A program made the translations under genes and the position numbers. Shown in pieces: positions 23,921 through 35,070 of a stretch of DNA of 64,000 nt (position 1 is the stretch's first letter; each line of letters starts with the position of its first letter). Below the pieces are notes generated by a model, which did no database searches, was not told where the DNA came from, and worked only from the letters and a program-made list of their open reading frames with translations. Source of the DNA: Mytilus californianus. Taxonomy: Eukaryota. The stretch is from the NCBI RefSeq assembly GCF_021869535.1, contig NW_026262604.1:10106001-10170000 (forward strand), written 5' to 3'.

Positions 23921-26900
23921 AGATCAATGAATCTTTGGCAAATAATGAGGAACTATTTGTAAGAGCTAATTTAGCTTTTCTTGTTGATACAGGAGCAAAT
24001 GTTACTATTTTGAGTAAAAAATTTATTAATGAAATCAATCCCTCATTACTTCCAAAAATGAATCCTGTAAATATTAATTTAATTACTGCTACTGGTGATA
24101 GTGCACCATTTATAGGACATGTTGATGTTGAAATTTGTCTTGGAGATCATATTTATCACCACAATGTTTAAGTGGCTGATATTTCCAATGAAGGAATCAT
24201 TGGGATGGATTTTCTTGTGACTCATGACTGTGATGTCTTGTTAAGTCAAAATAAGTTGAAAATTAAAGGGGAGATAATTCAATGTTTTCATTATGCAAGT
24301 AGTGCTAAATCTTGTTATAGAGTTGCTATACAAGAGACAGTAAATGTGCCTCCTAATTCAGAAATGATTGTTTCTGGGGAGCCAAATGAACCTATTTTTA
24401 GAGGTTTAGCTGGTTTAATAGAACCTAAAGAGAAATTTATGGAGAAAAATGGTTTATTGGTGGCAAGATCAATTGTACATCCAGAGATGTATAATATTCC
24501 TTTGAGAATAATAAATATAAATAATGAGCCCTGTACTTTATATAAGGGTACAATTATTGCTACCTGCAATAAAGTAAATGAAGAAGATATTCAAACATCT
24601 GAGTTTGTTAATAATGTGGCTGGTGGCCAAGCTACAATAAATAAGGGGAGACAATCACCTGATTATTTACATGAAGTATTTGAGTCTAGTCAAGTTAATC
24701 TTGATAAAGATCAAAGTGAAAAATTTAAAGACCTTTTAATGGAGTATAGTAATATATTCTCAAAGTCCTCTGAGGACATTGGTTTAACTGATTTAGTTGA
24801 ACATACCATAAATACTGGAAATCACCCTCCAGTACGTCAGCGACCCAGACGAATACCCCTAGCTAGAATGAAAGATGCTGAAGCTGAAATTCAGAAAATG
24901 GTTCAGCAAGATATTATAGAACCCTCTACAAGTCCCTGGAACTCCAATATTGTTCTCGTGAAGAAGTCAGATGACAGTTGGAGGTTCTGTATTGATTTTC
25001 GGTCCGTAAATTTACTGGTTTTACGTCCATCCTACCCGTTACCTCGTATAGATGACACAATAGATTCATTGTCAGGCTCCAAGTTCTTCTCAACCGTCGA
25101 TTTAAAGTCAGGATATTATCAGATTCCTGTAGCCAAAGAAGATAGACCGAAAACAGCCTTTTCATTTCCAGGAGAAGGTCTCTGGCAGTTCAAAAGAATG
25201 CCAATGGGTCTATGTAATAGTGCCCCTGTTTTTGAAAGATTAATGGAAGCAGTTTTATCAGGGTTGACCTGGAAAATTTGTCTAGTTTATCTAGATGATA
25301 TTATTATTTTCCTAAAAATCATTTGAGGAGCATATGAAAAACTTAAAAGAAGTTTTTCAAAGATTAAAAGCAGCTAATTTAAAGCTGAATCCCAAGAAAT
25401 GTAACTTTTTAAAGACAGAAGTTAAATTTTTAGGTCACATTGTTAGCGAAAGTGGAGTAGCTACTGACCCAAATAAAATTCAGTCAGTTAAGGACTGGCC
25501 AGTGCCCAAGAGTATGAAAGATGTAAGAAGTTTTCTAGGATTAACATCCTATTATAGAAAATTTATTCTAAAATATGCTGATAAAGCTAAACCTTTATAT
25601 AAGGTTACTGAGAAAAACCAGAAATTTGTCTGGACAGATGATTGTTAACAATCCTTTGAGGAATTAAAGAATACCTTAATTAGTGCACCTATTTTAGCCT
25701 ACCCCACAAGGGAGGATTTATTTATATTAGACACTGACGCAAGTAATGTTGGTATGGGAGCAGTGCTATCCCAACTCCAAGATGGAGTAGAAAAAGTAAT
25801 TTGTTACTTTAGTAAAACTTTCAGTAGATCAGAGAGAAAATATTGTGTTACCAGAAGAGAGCTACTAGCTGTAGTAGCCTCTATTAAACATTTTCACCAT
25901 TATTTATATGGTAAATACTTCAAGGTTAGAAGTGACCATGGTGCATTAAGTTGGTTGTTTAATTTTAAGAATCCAGAAGGTCAGTTAGCTCGTTGGTTCG
26001 AGGTCCTAGCATCCTATGATTTTAAGATTGAGCACAGAGCTGGAAGGTCCCATAATAATGCAGACGCCCTAAGTCGACGTCCTTGCTATAATAAAGAATG
26101 TCCTCACTGTGCTAGAGCAGAAATAAATTATGAATTGATTCCAACTCATAAAGACAGTTTTACAGTTGAAAATTGTAACGATAGTGTCACTGTTAGTGAA
26201 TCTTGCAGAAATGTTCAAGATGTCAGTGCAGAGTTGTCAGTTACAAAACCTAGTATTAGCTGTATAAATGAAGATAGGAGACCAAACATGACAAGTGACG
26301 AAACGTGCCACAAAGTAAAAAGTCATGTCATTCATAATAAATTTAATAGTAAGGGTCCAGAGAAAAACCCTGATGTACTCCCTGTTCATTCTAAAATAGT
26401 AAGAGTTTGTACCAGATCTAAGGATTATTGTTGTAGTCAAAATGAGAAGGACAACCCAGTTAAAGAAATAAATTTTGAAAATGTTTCAGAATCTCAGTTA
26501 TCTGATGATGTAATCAGTATAATTATTCAGTGGAAAATAGATGAAGTTAAACCCACATGGGCAGATGTATCCCATATGAGTCCTGAAGTTAAATTTTATT
26601 GGTCAAGATTAAATCCTTTAATTCTTGTCAATGGAATTTTATATAGAAAATGGGAAAGCTATAATGAAAAACATTATGATCTACATATTGTTCTTCCAGC
26701 TAATTTTAAAAGGTTCGTGTTGAACCAAGTTCATAACACAGTGACCGGTGGTCATCTTGGTGTAAGAAAAACTCTGTCAAAAATTAAACAGAGATATTTT
26801 TGGTATAAAATGAGACAGGATGTTAAATTTTGGTGTACTAAATGTGATATTTGTGCTTCTAAGAAAGCACCTTGTAAAAAACCTAAGGCCCAAATGAAAC

Positions 26901-27793
26901 AGTATCTTGTGGGTGCTCCTTTTGAAAGAATGGCCATTGACATTCTAGGACCTTTACCATGTAGTGTGAATAATAATCGCTATCTAATGGTAGTTCAGGA
27001 TTATTTTTCCAAATGGACGGAAGCCATACCAATTCCAGACACTGAAGCAGTTACAGTTGCTAAGAAATTTGTAGAAAGAATAGTAACCATTTTTTGGGTT
27101 CCTCTTTCTATTCACTCAGACCAAGGGTCTAATTTTGAGTCTCATGTGTTTAAAGAGATGTGTAATATTTTGGGTATTCATAAAACCCGTACAACACCAT
27201 TCCGGCCAAAATCGGATGGTATGGTTGAAAAGTCGAATTCAACTATTGAAACTATGTTATCTGCCTTTGTAAGCAAACACCAAAGAGATTGGGACGAATA
27301 TATTTATTTATTAATGTTGGCCTATCGGTCATCAGAACATGAGAGTTTGGGTACATCTCCATGTTCCTAGTTATTTTGAAGAGAAGTTAATTTACCAGTA
27401 GATTTAATTCTGGGTAGACCAGAGACTGAAAAGTCACCTTTATATTTAAAAACTGTTTATGCATATGAATTATCTCAAAAGTTAGAGGTAATTCATCAAT
27501 TTGCACGAAATAAATTAAAACTGTCAAGCGACAGGATGAAAAGAAATTATGACATTTCAACAAAAATGCAGAAATTTGATGCAGGAGATCCAGTGTGGTT
27601 GCACAATCCTCGTCGTGTAAAGGGGTTGTGTCCAAAATTACAAAATAATTGGGAAGGTCCATATATTGTGGTAAATAAACCTAATGATGTGATATATCGT
27701 ATACAGAAAGGTCCAAAGACCAAACCTAAAGTAGTGCACCAAGACAGGTTGAAGCCCTATCTTGGGGAAAATGTTCCAAGTTGGTTTAAATAG
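23860..27793 (+). pseudogene. pol: Gypsy Pol (protease, RT, RNase H, integrase with GPY/F tail), disrupted
   Basis: LVDTGA; WRFCIDFR, DLKSGYYQI, MPMGLCN, YLDD; LDTDAS, ELLAVV, SDH; HHCC, D(ILGP)-D(QGSNFE)-E(KSN); WEGPY. Lesions: stops ending at 24171, 25648, 27370 and about 27379, and a frameshift near 25315. Confidence 0.95.
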
Positions 27794-27931
27794 ATATGAT
27801 GGAAATGAGGGAAGTGAAACCCTAAAATTCCATATATCTATCCAGTATAGTACAGTTTTTGGTTATTTTATAGAAATATATAAAATCAAATAGCGAGATT
27901 TTAAAGGAAATGTTCCTTTTTATAATTGCAG

Positions 27932-29390
27932 GTCACAGTATATACCTGTGGAATTTGCCATGATTTCACTTTCAACCAGTCAATAATATGCAAAAGGCAT
28001 ATGACAGAACAACATAGTGGGTTTGGTTGGAGGTGTGAGGAATGTAGGTTGGTGGTAAGCCGTAGAGCTGCCCACAAGAAGTGTGAGGGAATGTTGAAGT
28101 TAATCAACAGGACCACAATGACTTGTACCAAAGAGGAGGAGGATCAGTTCCTTCTGTTCCAAAGACAGAGAGAGGAAAAGATGATAACGTGAGAAAGTGG
28201 ACAAGGAAGAAAAAAAGGAGCTGCAGAAAGATAGCAAAAAGAGGTCTCACAGGAAGGAACAGGACCAGGGGACAAAGAAGCAGAGGACAGTACTTGGGAA
28301 CTTGTATGTGGAGAATAATATAGTATTTGGGGATGGAGGGGAGAAAAAGAAGAAGGAAGTTAAGAAGGTGCAGGAGAAGAAGAGAACACCAGAGGAAGAA
28401 AGGGAGAGAAAGGAGAAGAGGGATGAAAAAAAGAGAAGGAAGGAAGAAAAAGAAGTGGAGAAGGAGAGTAAGAAAGTAAAAGAGGATGAGACGGAGAAGA
28501 AGAAAGAAGAAAAGGAGATGAAGAAGGAGGAGAGGGCAAGTAAGAAAGAGGATGAGAAGCTAAAGGAGAACAGGAAGGAGTCGGTGCAAAAGCAGAAAGA
28601 GGTACTTTCTAATTTATGGAAGGAGATGGAGAATTCCTCAGTGGGAAGTCTTGAGGAAGTTTCACTATGTGATCCGGAGGAGGATGCTTTTTTGGATGAT
28701 ATTGTAGGTTTCACTTCGGTAGTGGAACCTATTTCTCCTCTGCCAAGTGATCCCTGCAAGACCAGCCCCGATCCTGATATGCCATATACAGACATCCCTG
28801 TTATAACCGTCCCCGATATTGATACAGCCATCCCTAGTATTGATGTCTCTGTTGTGGAACTACCATCATTGGAACCACCCCTCACCTCCACTAGTTTATG
28901 TATCCCGTTAGCTACACAGCCTTGTCCAACCTATTCCCCTACTCAGGAACTCCTCTCCCCATCTGAATTGAGAAAGGCTGCTGCCATTTACACCCCTACC
29001 CAAGTGAAGAAATTAAAGTTGGAGCAAATACAAAAGAGCCAGCAATCCCGTTTTTTTATAAATGTTGGTGGAACCAGATTTGAAACCTCAGCCACAGTTT
29101 TTCAGTCCTGTCCAGAGTCCATATTATCTGCAATGATCAAGGAAGACTCTCTTGTAAAGCCTTATATTTTTGATGGGCGCCATACCTATTTTTTGGATCG
29201 TGATGCCAAACATTTCCCCCTCATCTTAAATTATTTAAGGAACCAGGCCCGGACCCATTCTGAAATGCTTCCCAGAGATATACGCAGTTTACGGGAGTTG
29301 CAGGTGGAATGCAACTTCTATGAATTGAGACACCTGGAACTCGCCGTCCAAAAGAAGATCTTGGACCTGCAGCAACTCAGCTTGATTTAG
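27932..29390 (+). CDS. Gypsy ORF3: zinc-finger-like N-terminus, K/E-rich stalk, P/S/T-rich linker, C-terminal KCTD-type BTB/POZ (T1) domain; one frameshift near 28185-28197
   Basis: 28197-29390 is open for 397 aa and ends in FINVGGTRFETSATVFQSCPESILSAM...YFLDRDAKHFPLILNYLR...LP...LRELQVECNFYEL. The upstream 27932-28192 segment has C-x2-C-x13-H-x4-H and C-x2-C-x9-H-x2-C and joins after a one-base correction. Confidence 0.85.
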
Positions 29391-29925
29391 GAATGAAAAT
29401 TGGGCAGTGGATTTTATTAGGACAATTTATTTTAAAGGATCATGTGACGAACATTGGGGGGCGGATATTATATATATATGTGTGTGTTACTTAAATAATT
29501 CTATTATGCATAATGATGATAGGTATTCTTAATGCAGTACAGTATTACCTTAGAAAAGCCCTATGATGTCTTTATGACTGATGAAGTATATTTTATCCTT
29601 TTCTTTTCTCAGGTTTTACTGTCCAGTATTGGCTTATTTATTCACATATAGTAGAAGTATTGTTTATTAATTTGTTATATATTTATGGATTTTATATCCA
29701 TTGATAGTGCTATTGCAGATTTGTTGTTGAATTTGCATAACCCATTTACTGGTATGTGAATAGATGAGTTTTAAGTTAGAGTGTACAGGATGAATTTGTA
29801 TTGTAACAGTAAGACAGTTTTGTCTTATTAAATTTTGTTTTCCCATTTTCAGCCAACCAACCAATTAATTGATTAATTTAATACATGTATAGATGGAAAT
29901 CTGTGCATTTGAGGACAATCGCCTA

Positions 29926-29940
29926 GTGGTCGGAGGGCTG
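29926..29940 (+). promoter_or_regulatory. Imperfect polypurine tract before the 3' LTR
   Basis: agtggtcggagggctg immediately precedes the LTR TGT; G-rich but not purely purine. Confidence 0.5.
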
Positions 29941-31030
29941 TGTTACGATTTAGTAATCGTATGATTAAATTAATGGATCTCGTGTTGTCCGTAATTTATA
30001 GTAGTAATTTTACGAATCAGCTGTTTTGTTTACGCTTTTACATCGCTGTTTTTTTACGATGGAATTTCACCTCGTACAGAATATTTACGGTTGGTTGGCA
30101 GGTACGTTTATGATAGATGATTTGGGAATGTGTTTACCTTTTTAACTTACTTATTTTCTTAATATAATAACTTGTGTTTTAGCCGTAATCATCTAAATTC
30201 CAACAGTGCCATAATCTATTTACTCGAGCAGCCATATTAGTTGTGTATTGGCGGTTTATTACACGAGATTGCTTGTTTACATAACAAACGTTTTGATTGG
30301 TTGATCTACTGACCCAAAAATTATAAATAGAAGGTTGATGAAACGAACTGCAGAATTATTCTCATCGTCTGCAAGAGCAGTCACAAAATTAGCTTAGTCG
30401 TTTCCATTTTAGTCAACCTGGTTTATTATAAATATGTCTGGCCCACAGTCAACCTTAAGTCTGGTACGCAGGTTTTAAATGTTTTAAGAAAACTAAACCT
30501 TCTGCACATGGCTGTTGTTTGTTTTGCAAAGGTCAACCTTCAACCTATGGGAAAGTCCCGTCAACCGTTGTTCCACTTAGTCAACCTTCTATCGTTATGA
30601 TAATAGGAGAGAGGTTTTCTGGAAATCTACTTTCATTTTAGCGGAAAGAAATAATATATATATGAATAATTTATTAAATCAACCCTTATAAGTATTTTAT
30701 ACTATCGGCAAAAGAAGGTTGAAAAGTTCAACCTTCTTCCAAATCAACCTACGGAAACAATCAACCTTATTGGAATTTCAAGTCAACCTTCCTGACCTAT
30801 AAATTATAAATGATTACGGCATGTTGTATATAAATATAAATGTATAGCTTGTGATGAATTGTAAATATTTGATTATATAGATGCTACATAAAGTACATCT
30901 GAAAGTTATACCTGACTTAGTTATTATTTCAACTTTATACCATCTCAAAGGATCCATGCAAATTATGTTCGATCGAGCCTCCTTATTCAATTTAACCTAC
31001 CACTCGGTTTAAAGGGGCGAAATCGTTACA
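29941..31030 (+). repeat. Gypsy 3' LTR
   Basis: Direct repeat of 21112-22201, followed by the ATAT TSD. Confidence 0.97.
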
Positions 31031-31955
31031 ATATTACTGTATTCACTGGTCCATTTTTGTCGAGTTTGTAGACGGTTTAAATATTTGTTACGCCAGCGGT
31101 TCCAAAACTCTTCTGCTAGAACCTGAGTGTGCTTTCATAGAGATTTCAACATGTCTTTATTTCCGAATGTTGGAAACGATACATTGTCCTGATTTATTTT
31201 ATGTGTGAGAAGCATTGCTGGACAAAGTACACATGGTGATTCTGGGTCAGTTGACTCCGGGACCAAAGGTCTCGCATTTACAATTGCTGTTACCTCCGAT
31301 AACAGGGTAGTAGGTACTTCATGAGTAAGAGTTTTTGAACCTTCTCGTAGTAACATAGAATCTAAAATCTTTCGTGAAACACCAATCATCCTTTCCCACA
31401 CTCCTCCCATGTGGGAGGCGTGTGGAGGATTAAAATGCAACAAGACGTCGTTGTTTGAGAGAAAACTTCTCACAGAGTCTTTTTCAACAAATTCAGTGAT
31501 CATATTTAGCTCTTTTGAACTGCCAACAAAGTTTGTTCCCCTAGCAGAACAGAACTGCTTAACTTCACCCCTTAAGGCAATGAAACGACGCAACGCATTT
31601 ATAAATGAAGCACTGCTGAGCTCCTCTATGACCTCTATATGAATTGCTCTGCTGACGAGGCATGTGAACATAAGTGCCTATCTTTTCTGATTAGCTGGTA
31701 TGCCACGAGTGCGTCTATAAGCTATTGGCCATGGGCCAAAGGTGTCAACACCGACGAATGTAAATGGCGGTGATGGTTTTAATCTGTCCTCAGGCAAATC
31801 TGCCATTTGCTGCCAACCGAAACAACCACGAAGCTTACGACATATCACACATTTATGAAGCACTGAAGAAACTAAACGACGACTGCCTAAAATCCAAAAA
31901 CCAGCTGTACGGATAGCACCATCTGTGAGGCTTCTGCCTTGATGAGCCACTTTTA
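31031..31955 (-). pseudogene. pol: BEL/Pao integrase (zinc-binding region plus catalytic core) with two in-frame stops
   Basis: HQG...CVICRKLRG, LPEDR..PSPPFTFVGVDTFGP, MFTCLVSRAIHIEV, FNPPHASHMGGVWERMIG; stops at KR*ALMF (31678-31680) and KSL*KH (31135-31137). Confidence 0.92.
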
Positions 31956-32851
31956 AAGCGCATGGTACGGACAGTTTTCTTTTGAACATTGAACGAGGAT
32001 AATCTTCGTAAATTGTCTTTCCACATCGGGAAACTAATTTTTACCAAATATACTTCTTTTGTTCCTTAAAGTTCTTCCATAACCTTTGTTTAAATATGGT
32101 TGATCATTATCTGCCGATATTAGCAATATTATCTAGCTAAAAAAAACTGAATAATCCCCATTTGCAGATGGTGTTTTTTAGGGCAACTACAAAAGCTTCA
32201 TTAGAAGGCTGCATCTGGACCTACATCATATTAATTGCAGTTTAAATTGATGAAAAAATTCCCTCGGTCCATAAACAATAAATCTATTCTATTTTTGACA
32301 TACAGATATTCAAATTTCAGAAAATATTTAGATTTTATTGCAATTTTATCATTTTTGGAAGTTTTTTCAAGAAATGCAATGTTTTGTTAATATAGCGCAA
32401 TCAAGCACTTGATTTGAAATCATGGTAATTTGTTTTATAAGGTTTAGATCAATTTTAGGGAATAAAATGCCATACAAGTACCTGAAAATGACATTTTGTA
32501 TAATTATAGCAAAGATTTGGAATGCTCAATCTAGACCGTTGACCTTGATTTAACGAAAATTGCACCGTACGAATTATTGACGACCGAGCAAAAACGAAAG
32601 TACAGGTAATAAGCTTTCGAATGATATATAATATAGCCGTATGTTAGGTGGGTGCATTAAAGTCGTTAACTAAGCGTCTTTTTAAAAATTGTCACTCGCC
32701 TATAACGAATTATTGAATCTTGAAACACCGTCGCTCTGTAGTTTTTGTTATATTTGTACACCGAAATGGTTTTATCTATCTCTCAACGTAAGTTTTGTCA
32801 GTGAAAATTGTCCATTCAATTTCGTTTGCGTTTGGGCAATAATTTCCATAT

Positions 32852-34180
32852 TTAACCCATGGATGTTTACTAGAGTGAGCCTACGTACCGTCTGAAAAGA
32901 TTCGTCACAAAGTAAATTTTGTTCGAGTTGTTTTTTCAAAAATATGATTGAAAATCGTCCGACGGTCACGAAGGTGAATGACCGCCATTTTGTACACAAC
33001 AACACTGATTGAAGGGAGACAACACCATCTGTTATTTTGAATTCCCATTTGCAACGCTGGAGCATACTATCATTCAGCTTGTGTCATAAAAAATAATTTT
33101 CTAACATTTTAGACTCCTTCAAAAGTGTTTAATATCAACATTAAACAAACTTTAAGACTTACAAAATTTTCAGTCTGGTTTTCAATTACATCTGAGACCT
33201 TGTCTGCCTGAGTAAACAGCTACTGTCCTTCACAAAAAATCATTTATAAAAAAAATGTCAATGTATTTAATGTTTTTTCCATCCATTTTCTAAAAAGTTT
33301 AACAACAAAACTGTCAACTATAGTCATAAATTCGGAACAAAATTCAAAAAACAGAACATCAAATATACTGGTCTCAATTATAGCAGTTCCTCTCTGTGTG
33401 GTATTTTGAGAAACACTCAGGCAGACACAGGTGTTTATTACATTCCAAACATCCTAACTTATTCTGCTTGATAGGAACCTGGGGATTATTTCGGTGTCTC
33501 ATATAGCAGAGATGGCACTTAGATTTTTTTTCAAAGGAGGCCGGCATGTGACGTTGAACAAGACGGTTCTCAACAGGCATAAGTGATGGTCTTCCTCTAC
33601 GGGTCTCAGAAATATAACCATAAACCAACCCCTTGGCTACAGAAATGGATAAGTCCAGGAATGTCAGATTTGTTTGGTGGTTGGTACTCATGAGAAACAG
33701 TTTGAAAGCATTAAATTTAGCCATTTCCATGAGCACAAAGAAAACTCTTTTGCTCCACTTGTAGGTTTTGTGGTTGTAGCAATAATACTGAATGTATTGA
33801 TCAGCATGATCAACACCACCCATGTTACATGTGTAGTCAGCTACTGCCTTAGGACATTCAAAATTTTGTCTAGTGAAAGTTCCATCATTATTGACGAGCC
33901 TTTTAACTTGTGAAGTTGAATGGTCATGGATTGTTGAAACAGTGTACACATTTTTTTTTGTCACGCCAAACGGTAGCAACTAAAGATCCCTTCTGCCTGA
34001 ATTTCATGCCTCCACGGAGGTTGATAACAGAAGGTTTTTTACACATTATGTCCTTAGGTAACCAGATTGTATCTGACTGTACCACAGGCATAGGTACCAA
34101 AGTTTTCATAAAGATTAGCAAACAACTCAGGACTGGTGAAAAAATTATCTGTATAAAGATGGTACCCTTTACCTACTAAA
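32852..34180 (-). mobile_element. piggyBac transposase C-terminal half plus probable element end, frameshifted
   Basis: KGYHLYTDNFFTSPELF...YACGTVR (about 34070-34180), VWRDKK, MGGVDHADQ, KW.KRVFF and C-terminal CHLC...CLEC..HLC..ECF..YH; TTAA|CCC end motif at 32852. Confidence 0.85.
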
Positions 34181-34899
34181 TTTGAATTTTCGAGGCATCT
34201 CTTTACAACACTGCGTTTTAACGTTGTGGGTTTTTTTCATGAAATGTTTAACTTTTTAACACCGGCAAAACGCATATTTACGAAATCAGAAACTGAACTA
34301 TAGTGTTAGAGTTTATATGTCTTAGGTTTCATTCGCTTGAAAATAATGTCTCTCTTACTAAAATGTCGGTAAGATTTTGTTTCTATTTTTCCGATCGCGA
34401 TGTTTTTCATTCACTTTCGTGAGTAATATGGTTTATACGACAATGAGACTGCACACTTACAACACAATACATTAGTAAAGACATTTTGCTAATGATAAAA
34501 AAGAATGAAATATTAAACTTTGTGGTACAAATCAGGATACCCTCATTCAAAATAAACATATCTAAAATCCTTTTTTTCATTAAAAAGTGAACAATGAAAC
34601 AAGAAAGTGGTGAATAACTTAGTTATCTCTCATCCTGAGATAAAATTCACACTGATTATTGTTGATATCTTAACCTTTTCATTGGCTTCATCAACAAGTG
34701 ACACCTCGCAAGGAATTTGAAAATTCCTTTCTATGCAACTGATAAACTGTAACTGTCATTTTTACTACTGGCACTTACCTTGTAATGACATTAAATAGAA
34801 ATATATATCAAGAGCAGAATTGCTTTAAAGGTAAGTCTTTGTTGATGGATTATTATCAATATAATATTATATGCACATGATCACAATAGTATAAAACCA

Positions 34900-35070
34900 C
34901 AGTGCTGAGTGGTGACCATACATGCATGATCACAGTGGTGTAACCATACATACATGATAACAGTGGTGTGACCATACAAACATGAGCACAGTGGTGTGAC
35001 AATACAAACATGATCACAGTGGTGTGACCATACATGCGTGGTCACAGAAAATATGGTCACAGAAGAGTAT
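34900..35070. repeat. Minisatellite of about 26-28 bp (acagtggtgtgaccatacatg units)
   Basis: About six imperfect tandem copies. Confidence 0.8.

Larger units (their letters stand above)
21112..31030 (+). mobile_element. Full-length Ty3/Gypsy LTR retrotransposon (9919 bp) with an accessory third ORF
   Basis: Two 1090-bp LTRs (TGT...ACA), 4-bp TSD ATAT at 21108-21111 and 31031-31034, PBS, gag, and pol in PR-RT-RH-IN order. Confidence 0.97.
20023..31955 (-). mobile_element. 5'-truncated BEL/Pao LTR retrotransposon remnant, split by the Gypsy insertion
   Basis: Integrase pieces on both sides of the Gypsy element rejoin in frame; homology upstream appears to stop near HQGRSLTDGAIRTAGFWI at about 31955. 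Confidence 0.88.

Noticed and set aside
28247-28891. 214-aa S/F-rich antisense ORF opposite ORF3
   Set aside because: Shadow of the purine-rich K/E codons on the + strand; no independent motif
31135-31680. Both BEL stops lie at probable Trp positions (TAG, TGA), suggesting deaminase G-to-A editing
   Set aside because: Only two events; Trp-to-stop transitions are common under neutral decay, and no consensus is available to test hypermutation
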